From Tubiluchus corallicola (taxonomy: Eukaryota; Animalia; Priapulida): a stretch of 64,000 nt of DNA. The stretch is from the NCBI GenBank assembly GCA_030141605.1, contig JAQGDQ010000505.1, positions 96,615-160,614 of the forward strand, read 5' to 3'. The notes beneath the pieces were generated by a model. That model was not told the origin of the DNA. It was given only the letters and a program-made list of their open reading frames with translations, and ran no database searches. Shown piece after piece: positions 1 through 13,900 of the stretch (its first letter is position 1; the number at the start of each line of letters is the position of its first letter). Both the position numbers and the translations under genes were made by a program.

Positions 1-394
1 TATATTTAATATTGTGTCATTAATGTATAAACTTAAAAATATAACCAGGTTCGAAAAGTATTAAAATAATAGATAAAATGGTCTCGTTAATAAATTTTTT
101 AGTCATTTTTGGTCGATAATCATATTAAAAATAGCATTAATAATATACAGTTATTTGTTATTCATTTAGTTTAAAACCAGTATGGCCTTACAGGTACATG
201 CAACTTTGCTTCTTTTAGTGTCACTATTGCATTGTCAAATTAATTTGTTAGCTATTTTGCTTTTAATTAGTTAGTTTTGCCCATAGAACTCATTTGCTTT
301 ACTAATTTTGTTTTGCGTAAATTTGCATAATTTTATTTACCATAATTGTTTGCTATTAATTAAATTTTGATCTGTTTTCCTATTCAAATCTTTA

Positions 395-572
395 TTTTGT
401 TCTAACAATATTTGCTCGCCATGCCGAAATTAGTAGACTCACTATTTAGGGATGGCAGACTAGATGATCTTTTGGTCTTTCGCCATCCCGCCCTTCTTTA
501 ATCTTTGTAAATCATTGTTATATACTATCTATGACTGTTATTTTGAAGGCAAAAAATAAATTATTATTATTA
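395..572 (+). mobile_element. LINE (L2/CR1-like) 3' terminus with stem-loop
   Basis: Hairpin GGATGGCAGACTAGA...TTTTGGTCTTTCGCCATCC, then AATAAA and (TTA)n. Confidence 0.45.
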
Positions 573-1918
573 TAAACGTGTGTGCATGCGTGCGTGTGTG
601 AGGGTGTGGAGTGCATGTTTGTGTGTATTCTTATAATTAAGTTCAACTTTGTCGACAACTAGAGGCCCATTTATTATGTAAATTGTATTTTAAAATAAGA
701 TTCATCATCATCATCATCATCGTCAAATCCAGCACTCAGTGGCAAGGCCTGCTCAGAATGAAACCGTGTGGCGGGACCGGATCTTGTCGACAAGAATCAC
801 TACCGAGGATAATCCTCTAAGACACTGAACCAGCAGATGTCAGGTATTTTAGCCACGTTTCGATGACACAAATCCTCCTTCAAGAAAAACCAGTATGGCG
901 AACATAATAGTCAATAGCAAGTACGTATTGACACCTTAAAAAACTTCGACCAGCAAGTCACTACGTTAATAACTTGATGACGGATGACGGTGTATCAAAT
1001 ATAACATGAACTACAATGACTGGTTCATATGACTGGTTCAAATACAGAGAAAAGAAATTTTTCGACCAATAAACACTTTTTGAACGATTATTGTTCATCC
1101 ACAACTTACCATAAATCTATCAAAAAATGTGGTGTGATTGATTTTCGGATAAATATAAAACAGTGCAAGTCCATCAAATGTTGTTCATTGAAATATATTG
1201 AGATAACTGGTAATTCAGAGTTCGTCTTAAAATGCAGAACTTCTAATTTACTAGCAAAAAATATCTTTTTTATTTTCTTGCTTTGTATCACTTATTGATA
1301 ACCTACCATCAAGAACCGACTGGTAGGCTTTGTCCTTTGGTTTGATTTTCTATTTCACAATAAAAGCTCATAAGTGGTTATACTGAGACTTAATTTTTTG
1401 GGTTTGTTGTGAGCTCACAAGAATTTAACTTAAGATTAATCAATCAGAATTTTTATATTTCTGGTTTTCAATCACCAAAATGATTTCAGATAACTAGATA
1501 TCACGACTTCCACATATCTTCTTTACACAAACACCATCCATCCACAGTTTCAAATTATTCCACATAAAAGCTATAGCTAATCAATAGTAAATATCAATTT
1601 TCTTTCCAAATTTTACAAATAATCAAACAAGTTCATTACTTCTTTAATGTCGCATAGCACAGTCATTATGAATTTCACTGAAACCCATTTTGCAACACTC
1701 TAACGATGAATAAACACAATCCTTTAAACTACTGACAAGAAGGAACATAGAAATAAATGACAGGTTCATATAATAACAATTTCTGTATTTGTACTTACAT
1801 GTGTACAGTAATTTCACTTCAAAATTACAAAAATAGTTTTTGCAAAAATAAAAAAATTCAACGTATTTTAGCAAATAAACTGAAATATTATTAATAAATT
1901 AGATAATATTTTGAAAAG

Positions 1919-4900
1919 TCAAAACTCTAACAAATTAAAGCTCTGTATATCTGCTGAAGAACTTGTTCCAGAAGAGTGGCCATCTGTATTTGACAGATCT
2001 GGAGATGGTGGGACCAACTCAACATTCTCACCTGAAAATTCAACACAATGAATAACAGGTAACAGTGTCCCAATAAAGGGATATTTTACACTATATGTTT
2101 TATGATTTTCAATTTTAAATAGCTTACAAATAAGATAAGTCCTAAATCTATCTTTATGACACATCAATGGATGATGCGGTGTAATATGATGTAGTCCTCA
2201 AAAACTCCAGTAAAACTTTTTTGTAACAACAGTATTGATTTTATGTTTGACAAACTACCACACTTAAATCTTCTTTCATTAAGGGACAAACTATTTATTT
2301 AACAGGAAAGGAAGCCTTACAATAAACTTTAGATTTTAGAACAAGCACCCAATTGATAACATATGCGAACTACTTTGACAAGTCATACAAACAGACAGCT
2401 ATAAGTCTGAAATAGACCTATTATATATATCCTACCTATGCTGTACTTTGTACTAATTATACTTTTAAATAATTACCAATCTAGTGTTTCGTGATTGTGT
2501 AAGTATGATTTATCAATAAAAAAAGTGAGATTTATGAAATAAACATAATTTTCTAAGGAGGTGCTGCAGATACAGCTTATGAAAAGACAGCAAAGTATGA
2601 CGTTTGTCAACAATGCAGGATTTAAATGTAGCTGCTCAAGTAACTGTACCAAAAAATGATAGCCATGACTAACATACGAGTAAAAGAAATCTTTTTAATT
2701 TAAATGTAATCATGCCAGTGGTGGCTCGTAATTGAAATTAGTGGCAGTGCTGCTTCAGAAAATTTTTAGCCATTGTTTTAATACTGTGTAAAACGAATCA
2801 ACCATATGTAATTTTAATGTCATAATTTGTAATTGTAACTTTAAACAAACAAACACATGAAAATTTATAGATAAACTTGATAAAACCCTAAACAAAAAAT
2901 ATTTTGCTTACGTAGTCTAAATTGCCGCAGTTCAAGAATATGCCAGTACATGGTTTGTAAGCACACGACCACTGACAACACTGTGTGAGCGACGGTACTT
3001 TCTCTACCTAGCAGCAGACACTAGTAGTGCAGTGTACAGTGCGTGTTATTTTAGACATGTGTGCATAGCCGCATGCGCACAACAGCCAAACACACCACTG
3101 TGCTGGGCTGCGAAGCAAACAGTACTACCCTCACATGCTCTGGTACCATACAAGTTAAAGAAAGAACTAAGAAAAACGACTTATTATACTGAATATTATC
3201 GATAACATCCAGTGAAAATAGGGGGTGCTGCAGTTCCACAGTACCTATACATGAGCCGCCACTAAATCATACCATTCACATAGTGACTGAATAAAAGACA
3301 GGTTGACACTGACTTAATATGGAAAGATTTGCAACACTTCAGCTAATAATATTTACCTTATCTGATTATAAAGATTCCTAGTAGATACCATACAAATACA
3401 GTGCAGATTAATGAATGACGATTCCATAGTAAAATGTAAACAAGTTTCCAGAAGAGAAACCAATTGACAATGTATTTGAACTTCCCATCCATTTCAAAAG
3501 AAATTGTGAGGTTCTAGATTTTATTCAGGCTTAAAAGCATTGCGCCACCAAACGCAGCTTCCGCAAAAAGCTAAGCCTTAGTTATTTCTTTTACTGGTCT
3601 GATTAAGTTTAAGTTTAAGTTTATTTATTTCCACTCTGCATCTAACAATTATAATAAAAAATACAGATAATTTCACTGAAGTAAATATAAATATAAATGC
3701 AACATTATCCAGAAATTACAAAGAGATTCTTACGCAGCATATACATGTGCAAGTTACATTACAGAGTAATTTTGATGCATACAGTTTGAGCCTAAAGCAT
3801 AGCTTGACAGGCCAAACTGTACGTGGAAATCTTAAAGAAGTGATTAATAATTGAAATAATAATAATATATACATAAAAGGGGGGGAGTAGTGAATGAAAG
3901 GTGAAATGGAGCGAGAACTAAGAAAAATTGTGATCATGATTACAGAACTTTTTTGTTTACCCCGGTTTTTAGTTATTTCTTTATTATTCTCGAGCCCTTT
4001 GTTGCTTTGCTAACTAGTATAGATGATATAGCTAAGATGACAAAACCCCCACGTGTATATTTATATCTGGGAAAACTATGTTTATACATGACCCACTAGA
4101 CTCAGGTCAAAGGTCACAGAGTAACTGTGAAACTTTTTCATTAGTCTGTAACTCCCTCTACAAATCTTGAGCTAGGGTCATAAACTTTTCAACTACACCC
4201 TAATCTTGCATAGTTGAAATAGTCGCTTTTGAAAATTTGAAAACAGTCATTTCTGGTCGGTTCATTTGTGAAGAAATTTCATCACGTTCACAAGACTTTA
4301 AGCTATAAATTAATAAATTTAAACAGACCAAATGAAAATGAGTTTATATTGCATGTAATATATTATATTAATATTGCATGTAAGTTAGAAAGTGGAGAAA
4401 AGTCACCCTATGACTAAATAACCAATGCTGTCTGCAGTGTGATGCGTATATTGTTTAATCGGTGAGAAGACATTATGATCTTTAATTTGGAATCGAAATG
4501 CATAACATCAGCAAGTATTATTTAACATCTCTGTTAATTCTGATAGTTACGTGTGTGGATAGCAGCATTCTTTATTTGTGTAGTTAACAGTAAACTGTTT
4601 TGCATGCTTGCATTTCACATCTGTAATTTGAATATAAATATGTTTATAACAAATATATAATATATTTTGCTCATCCATGGTGAAAATCCTGGCATTACTT
4701 TCAAATTCATTTCTCCCCTGTTGGCTAAAGTGGTTTTGACAATTCAATAAATATTAAGGTAGCATAAAAAATGGTGGAACGAACACGTTTTTATTGAATT
4801 TTTGAAACGAAGCTTGACAGAAAAAAGGAAATGTGAAAAAATGAGAACTCATGACCAAACTTGGATTTGAACAAAGGACCTACGGACACGTGCTCTTGGT

Positions 4901-7900
4901 ACGAATCCAGTCTCAGGACCAACTTAACTCATATTTCCTCTCCTTCCCATCAAGTTTGGATGAGAAAGTGTAATCCATGCACCTGTAAGTTAATTCCAAT
5001 ACTAATACATTTCAAATTTCTATTAAATAATACACATTGTAATACGTTATGTATAAAATACATGACAGTATACATGTAGTTCTGTCATACCTAATAGATC
5101 TCCTACTGAAGTATCAAATAACTTTTCAAACAAGTCACTATGTCCCTCGCTCTCACCTGAAAAGGTAAAAACGAAAAACTGCTCAAATTATCAAATCTGA
5201 CACAAAACACACGTATATATATATATAGAAGTGAGAAGAAGCTCATATCATATGTCATGCTTGGTTAGAGTAGAAAAGGTCAATTAGCCTAGCCTAAAAC
5301 TAACACATTTTGAAAACACAAAAAGTGCATTACTCAAGCAGATGCCCTTTAACGCTTTTAGTCATTTCACGTTAAAACTAAGTGTATCTGCTATTAGTGA
5401 ATTAGATCAAGTGACAGAGTAGAAGAAGATGAAGTTTTCCGTCATCATCTTCATCAGGAATGACAGCTCTGCAACTGTGGTTTGATTTATCTAAGGAATC
5501 AAAAGAGTTAGTTGCATGTGTTGCAACCTTTTAAGAAAGAATAGCAAGGCAAATGCTTTGTCCCTCGAATTTCTGAAAAAGCTTTTAGTACCATGAATGT
5601 GACGACGAAACCGAGAATTAATGGTAAATGCACTGCCTAAAAATGAATGATATCCAGTCGCCTCTTGCATTACAAAAAAAGTATGCAAGGGCTATACTAA
5701 AACACTCCTATATCAGTCGCTTGCACTTATGTTAATGCAGCAAAATGCGCTGTTCATAAATAAAACTTTCCTCAATACTGTTCACTTGTTTGTCTCTTCA
5801 GTAGCACACTCCGTGCCAAGCAAATTAAACTGCCATGACTCCGCAAGTGACTTTTGTGACATGTAGATTTTTGTAAATGCAACTCATTATATGCATTCAA
5901 TGTTATTATGAATTTTAAAGGCGTTTTTAGCAGGATATTGTGCTTGATGAATCTAAGAGACTTTGCAAATATATTGACTTCAACATTAAATTGTATTGAA
6001 ACTTATTTTTCTTTTATTTTTGCAAGTAGCGAACCCATTAAGTAACATTAGCGGTCTTAATTTATGTACTGGTTTATATTGTTAGTTTTAATTACATTGT
6101 GGCATAAATACCAATAAACTTGTGTTCAGCGAAAGATTTTACGATTATGTTTCTCATTTTGGCACACTATTTGCAAAAAAGAGCACATTATTGATTACTA
6201 GCGGAAGTATTGTTTGTTCGAATCGCAAAAATTGGAACTATTTTATGTCTTTTAAAATGTGAATTTATGGACTACTATAAAAAGTTTTTCACCTTCTGAA
6301 GTTTTATCAAATAATCCTATATGAAGGCAGTTTTTTGCTGGAGAAGCCGCAAAACGAAACCAGTTTTTTGCTGGAGAAGCCGCAGAAGTTAGACTGTTGT
6401 CTGTAGGAGATGCTTCTTCCAAACGAAACCAGTTTTTTGATGAAGAAGTGAAAGAGGTAAAACAGCTGTCCGTGGGAGACATATCTTCAAAATGAAGTTG
6501 ATTTGTTGCTGAAGATGATGAGTGAGTGTCTATAGGTGAAGTATCCTTCATCGTTGCAGTCTGAAAAATAAACGAGTTGTTAATATGCAAAAAATTGCAA
6601 TTCCACATTTTCCGGGCCTTGATAATCCAGACAATCAATTATCTGGATACCTTTTTGTTTTCGTTAGTTCCGATTAATGAAGCAAGTTCATTATCACCTC
6701 TGTTTTCAAGCGACTCGGCACAAAAATAAAGGCAGTTACAAAAGTACAGTGGTTTCAGCGGTTACAGTGAACAAGAGAACATTTACTGCAAATTTGGATG
6801 AACCATCTTTTACAATTTCCCAATATGCAAACTACAACTATTAATTCTAAAATAGTGGAAAATGAAGACTAATTCAACAATTTAACTTATCTTGTTCGTA
6901 TATTTAAAAATCTTGTGTAAAGAATCTTATTTTTGACAAAGTGCCTAACATGTTGGTTCTTCAGATACTTTAAAGCAAACTAATTAGGTTGCAATTAATT
7001 TTACTATCAAAATGATTGCAATATGATTAATTCCAAACCTAACAAACATTTTCATGATACACCTAAATCATGCTAAACATTCTTGACATTTTAAATTCAA
7101 AACAGCTAGTGTGAGCTGCTCAGAACTTTAAACTCTTATTAGGCATGTGCAAAGCAAACCCGCAGTGGCATTCATTGAGCTAAACAGTAATTGACAGGTG
7201 CTAGCCTAATATAAATTTCTTCACTGCTCACAAATGAATATAAGTTATGAATAATAATTAATATGCTGGCTAGTCAAAATTTTACTGAAAAACTAGTGAT
7301 TAAGTCATTCACCTGAGAAGATCTGGCAATCTGAGAAGCTTGTAATTTGATCAGTTTATACCGTTCTACAAGGTCCTGAAATTCTTCACCAAAATGAATC
7401 ATATCAGCAGCATCAACTGGCATGCCTGCAAAGTTGAAAAATAGTGCTTAACAGTATAAGTCAAAATTCATGTCAGTGAATACAGGGATGGAATTCAAAT
7501 ACTAGTTATCTAAAATAGGAGATCCTTGGCAAGTGCAGAAAGGAGTGAGAAAAGAATTAAAATGAGCTCCCAATATAATTTTTTAACTAACTATTGTCAG
7601 ACGATAGAGACTGCTCCGTAAAAAATCAGATAAAAATCATTCATGAATTGTTTTTGTACAATACGGCACCTCATTCCATTAATAAACCAATAAATGCTCC
7701 CATACGTAAATGCATGATGGAGAATAGATTCAATATCCTAGACCTAGAGGATGTTTACCAACACTGGAACGAAAAGAAATGGTAATTTCGAGTTCCGGAC
7801 AGTACCTATAGTGCAGAACAAGTAATTTTTCAGAATTGCATACCGACAGATAGCAAGAAATATAGGTTCTACAACAAAAACTGAACTGTCTATTTAACCC

Positions 7901-10900
7901 TTTCATTACGGAAAGCGGCACACTGCCACCTATGTTTTTCATGCAAGGGATGGAAGGCGATAGACTGCTGCCCAAACTCAGCACTAAGCGCAGGCACACC
8001 GGTCTGCTTATTTCACTGCTAAGGCTATGCAAAAACATTGTAGAAAAGTTTCACAGCCGTGGGATTGGGGTTGCTTCGCAACAAGTAATGCTAACCAGCC
8101 AAACAGCATCTGAAGCCAGGTGTATTCCACAATACTCTACTGTATGGTATGTTCCCATGCAAAATCACTTGTAGACTGTTGATGAAACGGATGTTTAGCT
8201 GGTTGTTCTGCATTTTTGTAAAATGATTGTGTATTATTGATTAGTATTGCGACTTTTGTGAAATCTGGTTTCTAAATGTTAGTACAAGCTTATTTATGAT
8301 TTTGAGTGCATATCCGCGCATGTGTGAGTGCAGGTGTGCTTGCACATGTGTAGGAATAAAACTAATATAAACTCAATAACGAACAACTATTTGTTTATTG
8401 ACAAGATTCTGTTTTAGTAACACACCACAAGAAGTTATTGTCGAATTGCAAAAGTCAATGTGGCCCAGTAAAAAGCAACAATGTAGCGAAAAGGTTAAAT
8501 TTTCACACCATTGCTCGAAAAGGAAATTATATCCACAAATTTCTCGAACTGCTCTTCATCTTATCTAGCCCGAAAAACAGTTATAAATTTACGCTACCTG
8601 TTGTCCTACTTGGTTTGCTGAAACTAATTAATGCATCTGGCGTTCTTAAAGTACTAGATCCCACATTGGTTTCCATGCTTACTGGTAGAACAGAATTGGG
8701 AGAAGTGGTTTTAGTACTTTGAAGAAACTGACCAGGTGAATCAAAGGCCTTTGTCACAGTCAGTAGTGGCGAGCTAAAGTCATCTGCTTTTGGTCGTATA
8801 TCAGGGGAACAGTATCCATCGCTTTGATGAAATCCAAGAAGGTGCAAAGGGGATGGTTCATTTTCTTCCACTGGTGAAGTATCAACTAGGCTTTCTGGAG
8901 CAACTTGACAGGTTAATAGGTCACTAGAGCTTGACGAGCTTACACTATCCATGGAACGTATAGGTTCGGCTTGCGGCATTGCAAAATGCAAAGACTCGAG
9001 AGCATCTGAATCAAAATCTGTATCTGCGTCACGTCCAGGTCGAGGAGAGTTGAAACTCAGAACCTCTGCCAAAGTTCTGCTGCTCGTTAAATCTTCCTCT
9101 TGCGATACGACGGGAAGGCCGTCAAGTTCTAATTTAGACTGTCCTTCACTCTTACAGGAATCTTGTTCATTTAAAGAAATTTGATCAGAATCAAGAACCA
9201 GACTTCCTTTTTTCCATAAAAATGTCTTTATATCATCTACAATCATAAATTAATTATTAGTTTCTACTATCAAATTTTTCAATTATATTTCATAGTAGTC
9301 TTTAAAGCATGACAATCTAGGCGGTTTACAAGTGTAAACAAACTAAGTTAACTGACTAAACTTCTCTTTCATTACTTATTTAAAAGAATTTGGAAAAGTA
9401 CTTTTAATCAACAAGCAGAACAGTTTAAGTCATAACAGCATTATAACAGTGGCTAAGCAATTATTATAAATCTAATAATGTAACCAGTTACTTCTACAAA
9501 AGCCAATTCCAATGGCCTAAACCTACACGATGTGGCCACCCAAGTAACAGCCACGATTTACTCTTACACCACCATTACCCGATAAGAAAAACTAGATAAT
9601 TGTTAGCTTAACGTTTACCATGCTCACTGTGCACGCTTGCTGATGTAGGTTGTGGAACAGTGTTTCCTGGAACAGCCTCTGGACTGTAAGCAAGTTTTTC
9701 TCTCTTTGCAAATGGATCCAAACCTATGTAACGTAAAATAATAAACTAGCATATAAGCACTACGCAAGCAGATTCCAAAGAGGATTAGGATAATGTTAAT
9801 ACCGTTTTGTGCTGCGGTCTTAATGACAAACAAAGATTTTTCTCAATGCACCTTGTCATTATCTTTGTCTAACACAGTAACATGTGTATATTTTATATCT
9901 ATAATAACTACTTAAATAATTGCAGCTACCGTAGACATTACAGGTTGCAAATAAGCCTTTTCACAGTTAAAATGATTGATGATGATCGTGAAATGGTCAA
10001 TGGTTCAGCGTACCAGACAACGCCTCGCAGGCCATGCTATTGTAATAATAGTTCATTTTTTCTTGTTGACAAGCATGATCCTGCTAGTAAATCAGATTAT
10101 AGACTGATTTTAGTGCATATTTAACAGATATACACGTTGTTTCCATTGCTCTTTCTTCTTGTTCAAGGTCTCATTCCATCTACTGTAGATATTGTGGCAT
10201 TAATATACATTAGAGTATTCCACCCACTTCTATCTGCAGCCAGCAGCATAAGTACTTGTATTCCTAAAGATAGATTTGGTTGAAGTTATTGAATACTTTA
10301 TTGATCTTAGCTATCCAAGTTGTTTTTTGGCTTGCCAGGTGGATTTTTTCAAGATTTTAACGCTTCCTTAAAGGCGATTCTTGCTGGTACTTCACTTGGT
10401 AGTCTTAGAAGGTGTCCTAGCCATCTTAATCTTCGGAACTCCAAGGAATTTCTTTTGTTCTAGTGTATAAGCCCTAGTTTTTGATTATGTATGGCCATCA
10501 TATTTAAGACTTTCTTTAGAAAACTTCTATGAAATGTGCCAATTTGCTTTTCTTGGACAATCATTAAACCCCATGTTTCACTGTTGTACATAAACATGCT
10601 GGTAACGTAAGTATTAAATAATCGAAGTCTTACGTTAAGACTAAATTTCTTGCTAGTTAATACATTCTTGTGTTAGAAAAGTATACATGAAAAAACCTTG
10701 CTCATATTCATATTTACACTCATGCTGCCAGTAATATTTATTTGCTCTTGTGAATCAGTACAAATTCGCCACATTACTAATACTGTTGTGAACACATGAA
10801 GCTGAATAAGCACGCCATGTGGAAGAAATATAAATGCAATCTGCTTACTGTAAAAATCAGGATTAGAAGGAATTGAGCAGCTGCGCAGTAATGCCTCATT

Positions 10901-13900
10901 AGCTTTCCGTGATTAATAATTTGAGAAAGACAAGAGCATCTGGCAATATTATCTCATAAATGAAAGGTGTTATCTGTTTCTCCTTTCGACTTTGTAGGTT
11001 TTCTGACTCTCATGCTTGACCCCCTGTGTTTCTTGACATTTGAAACAGGATCACTCTTTTTGGCTAAATTTGATTCACAAATTATCATAGGCAATAAAGG
11101 TATGCAAAGAGTACTAATTCCAAGCTGTGCTTCCTGGCCAAACAAGGTCAAATGATTTTTATGTCCAAATTTTCATATAACTGGCATTCTTAGCCACATT
11201 TGACAATTTTTATCTTTGTCCCAGGTAGTTAAATGTCACTGCCCATAAGTTCTCACCCAGCATCTAGCATTGACACTTGACATTTTATAAGGGAAAGCTT
11301 GCCTTTATACTACAATTGTTCTAATCCTGGATCCTCCCTCCCCAAAGGTCAAGAAGTGGATAAAATACTTTTGTCATAGATTAGCTGTCAATATGTGACA
11401 CCTTGAGCTGACTCAGATTCTTCCACTATACCAAACATCCTGGATCCTCCCTCCCACTGAGGCTCTGGAGGGATGAAGGGTCATTGCAGCGCTATCACCC
11501 AAAAGTTGTCACCCATCATCTAACATCTACATTACCATTTTGCAGGACAAAATCCGCCTTTATAACACAACTGCTGCAATTGCTAGAACCATTGGTAGAC
11601 ATAATACAGAATCCTGGATCTGCCCTAGAGGAGAAAGTCACATTGAGCTGATGCAAATTCTCCCTTTATCCCCTCCGTCCTGGATCGTACTTTCCTTTTT
11701 CCTGGGCGAGGGAGAGACAGCGTAGGCCATCATTCAAAAATTGTCAGTCATCACCTAACATATATACTTGATATTATGAGAAACAAAACCTACTTTATAT
11801 ATACCTACTAAATACACTACAGTTGCAATTGTTCAGATCATTTTTTCAACGTTGGATTGTCAACGGGTGACAGGTCACTTTAATCCCTCGCACTGAGCTG
11901 ACAGATTCTCCTAGCATACAATCTACACTGGATCTTCCTTCTCTCCCTCCTTGAGAAAGGGGAAAAATTATTTTTGTCTGTGTTGGGTTGATAGTACGTG
12001 CCAGGCCACTCTAATTCTTAGCACCCTTAATGCCCACCAATTCCATGCCGCTATTGAGGTTTCTACTTGTATTCCCTATTTTGAATATGCTCTCGGGATG
12101 GGCTTTGACTTTGACCATCATCTTGTCCAAAAATTATCCCACACCAAAAATGTCAAGGCCACCTGAAGTAGTCCAGGTGTAACTCGGAAAGTGGCACTCT
12201 TCGAGCTTGGAAAATCATGGAACGAAAATAGACACTGGTGACTAATCTTGAGCACATAGTCTCTTCCCTCTAGTTTCATTAAGAACAATGACATAAGTGC
12301 AAAAATTATAGACCAAACTAATAATTTTGAAAATTAGATATTATCAATGCCAAATTCAACTAATTTAACGAAATATAAAATTAACATTTGGCAAAAAAAT
12401 AGTTGGGACTTTGATCAAACATATATAGGCACTCAAATAAGAAAAAAATTACAGCATGTCCAAGAAGCATTCAAACGACTTACAGACTTTACTGAGTTTA
12501 TTATTTTACATGTATAAAATGATACACAGTTTACATGCGAGTGCTCTAGTACAAAAAAGTCAAACTATGTTGGCATAGTTATAGTAGCTGAGCTACAGTA
12601 TAATCAAATGGCAAGTCTTTATCCCGATTTCTTTGCACAAATGCCAGAACATCCTAGCATTTGCTGAATTTCTTCCCTTTTAGGTAAGCATTTGACTTAT
12701 GGAAAAGCAAGATGCCCATAAGAACTGTGATAACAGAAACAACAACTTACTAAGGGCACCAAGAGGGTCTTCAAGATTAATGTCTATAGGTGATGTCCTC
12801 GATGAAGAGCAGGCCGAATTGGAATTGCTCCTTATAGCACCACTTTCTCCGGTAACTGCAGACGCAACCTGTATGTAAGTGTAATAGAATAGTCTGCATG
12901 AAACAAATCGAAAAACTCATGTAAGTATTACAACTTATTTAATGATTATAATACAAATTTAGCCTACAAAGTCATTCCATTTTAAGGTTTTTCTTCAACC
13001 ATTAATGGAGCACTGAGCTTTTTTCTAACACAGTAGGCACTGCTTAAAAGACTCACGGTTAATAGACTCAATCGCTTAATTGACTCAAAAGTGCCTGGAA
13101 CGGACCGCTTCTATTCAAATATACATAAAAACTATCGGTAATTGACTCAAATAATTGCGTTTAATTGACTCAATATTTTTCCTTCACCTACTTAAAATAA
13201 AATATTTGTATGTGCCAAAACAGCCTTTCCTACTTTTGTGTCATCTTTACTTCGCTTTTGTACACTATGTATGCAGAAACAATCATGTTAAGTACCGTTT
13301 TGTTTGTAAGCAGGTAAGTTTATCATGCACTAATATGCTATAGCGTAGCGGTTTTGCTTTGAATCTGTTACCCGTTCTCCCACTGTTATCCAAAGAATTT
13401 CTGGAAGCTTTACATTTAATCACTTGCCAAGCGGTTTCCTCTTGATGCTCTCATTGCAAATCATGCTTTCAGATTGAAGATGCAGGCACAGTAATCAGTC
13501 GGTATTCCTTGTGACTTACAATTCATAAAAAATTGTTGCAGCACATAGTAAGCTGATGACTCATACTTCTATACCCATAATACTACACCCATCGGTTAAT
13601 AGGGTCAAACACATCAGTCCCAAAATGAGTCTTAAAGCGGCACCTACTGCTCTTTCTAAGTTCAATTTTGCTAATACTAATTAGTGATGATTTCTGCAGG
13701 TAGTGCTCATACAAGAGTTGGTGATCTTTTTCCATACGAAATCCCGTGACAATTTATTACCAACTGGCCAATCATGACTCACCGTTACATATAATAAAAT
13801 TTGTTTCATTAAAATTAGCATTCATATACTCATTTGTACACCTTCTTTCACACTGACAAATTAATGTTGAAAAATTAGTTCATTCCAATTTTACACAAAT

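Noticed and set aside
1029-1298. ORF starting MTGSN, like the human BUB3 N-terminus
   Set aside because: Similarity stops after five residues, and it is on the wrong strand and 60 kb away. Coincidence.
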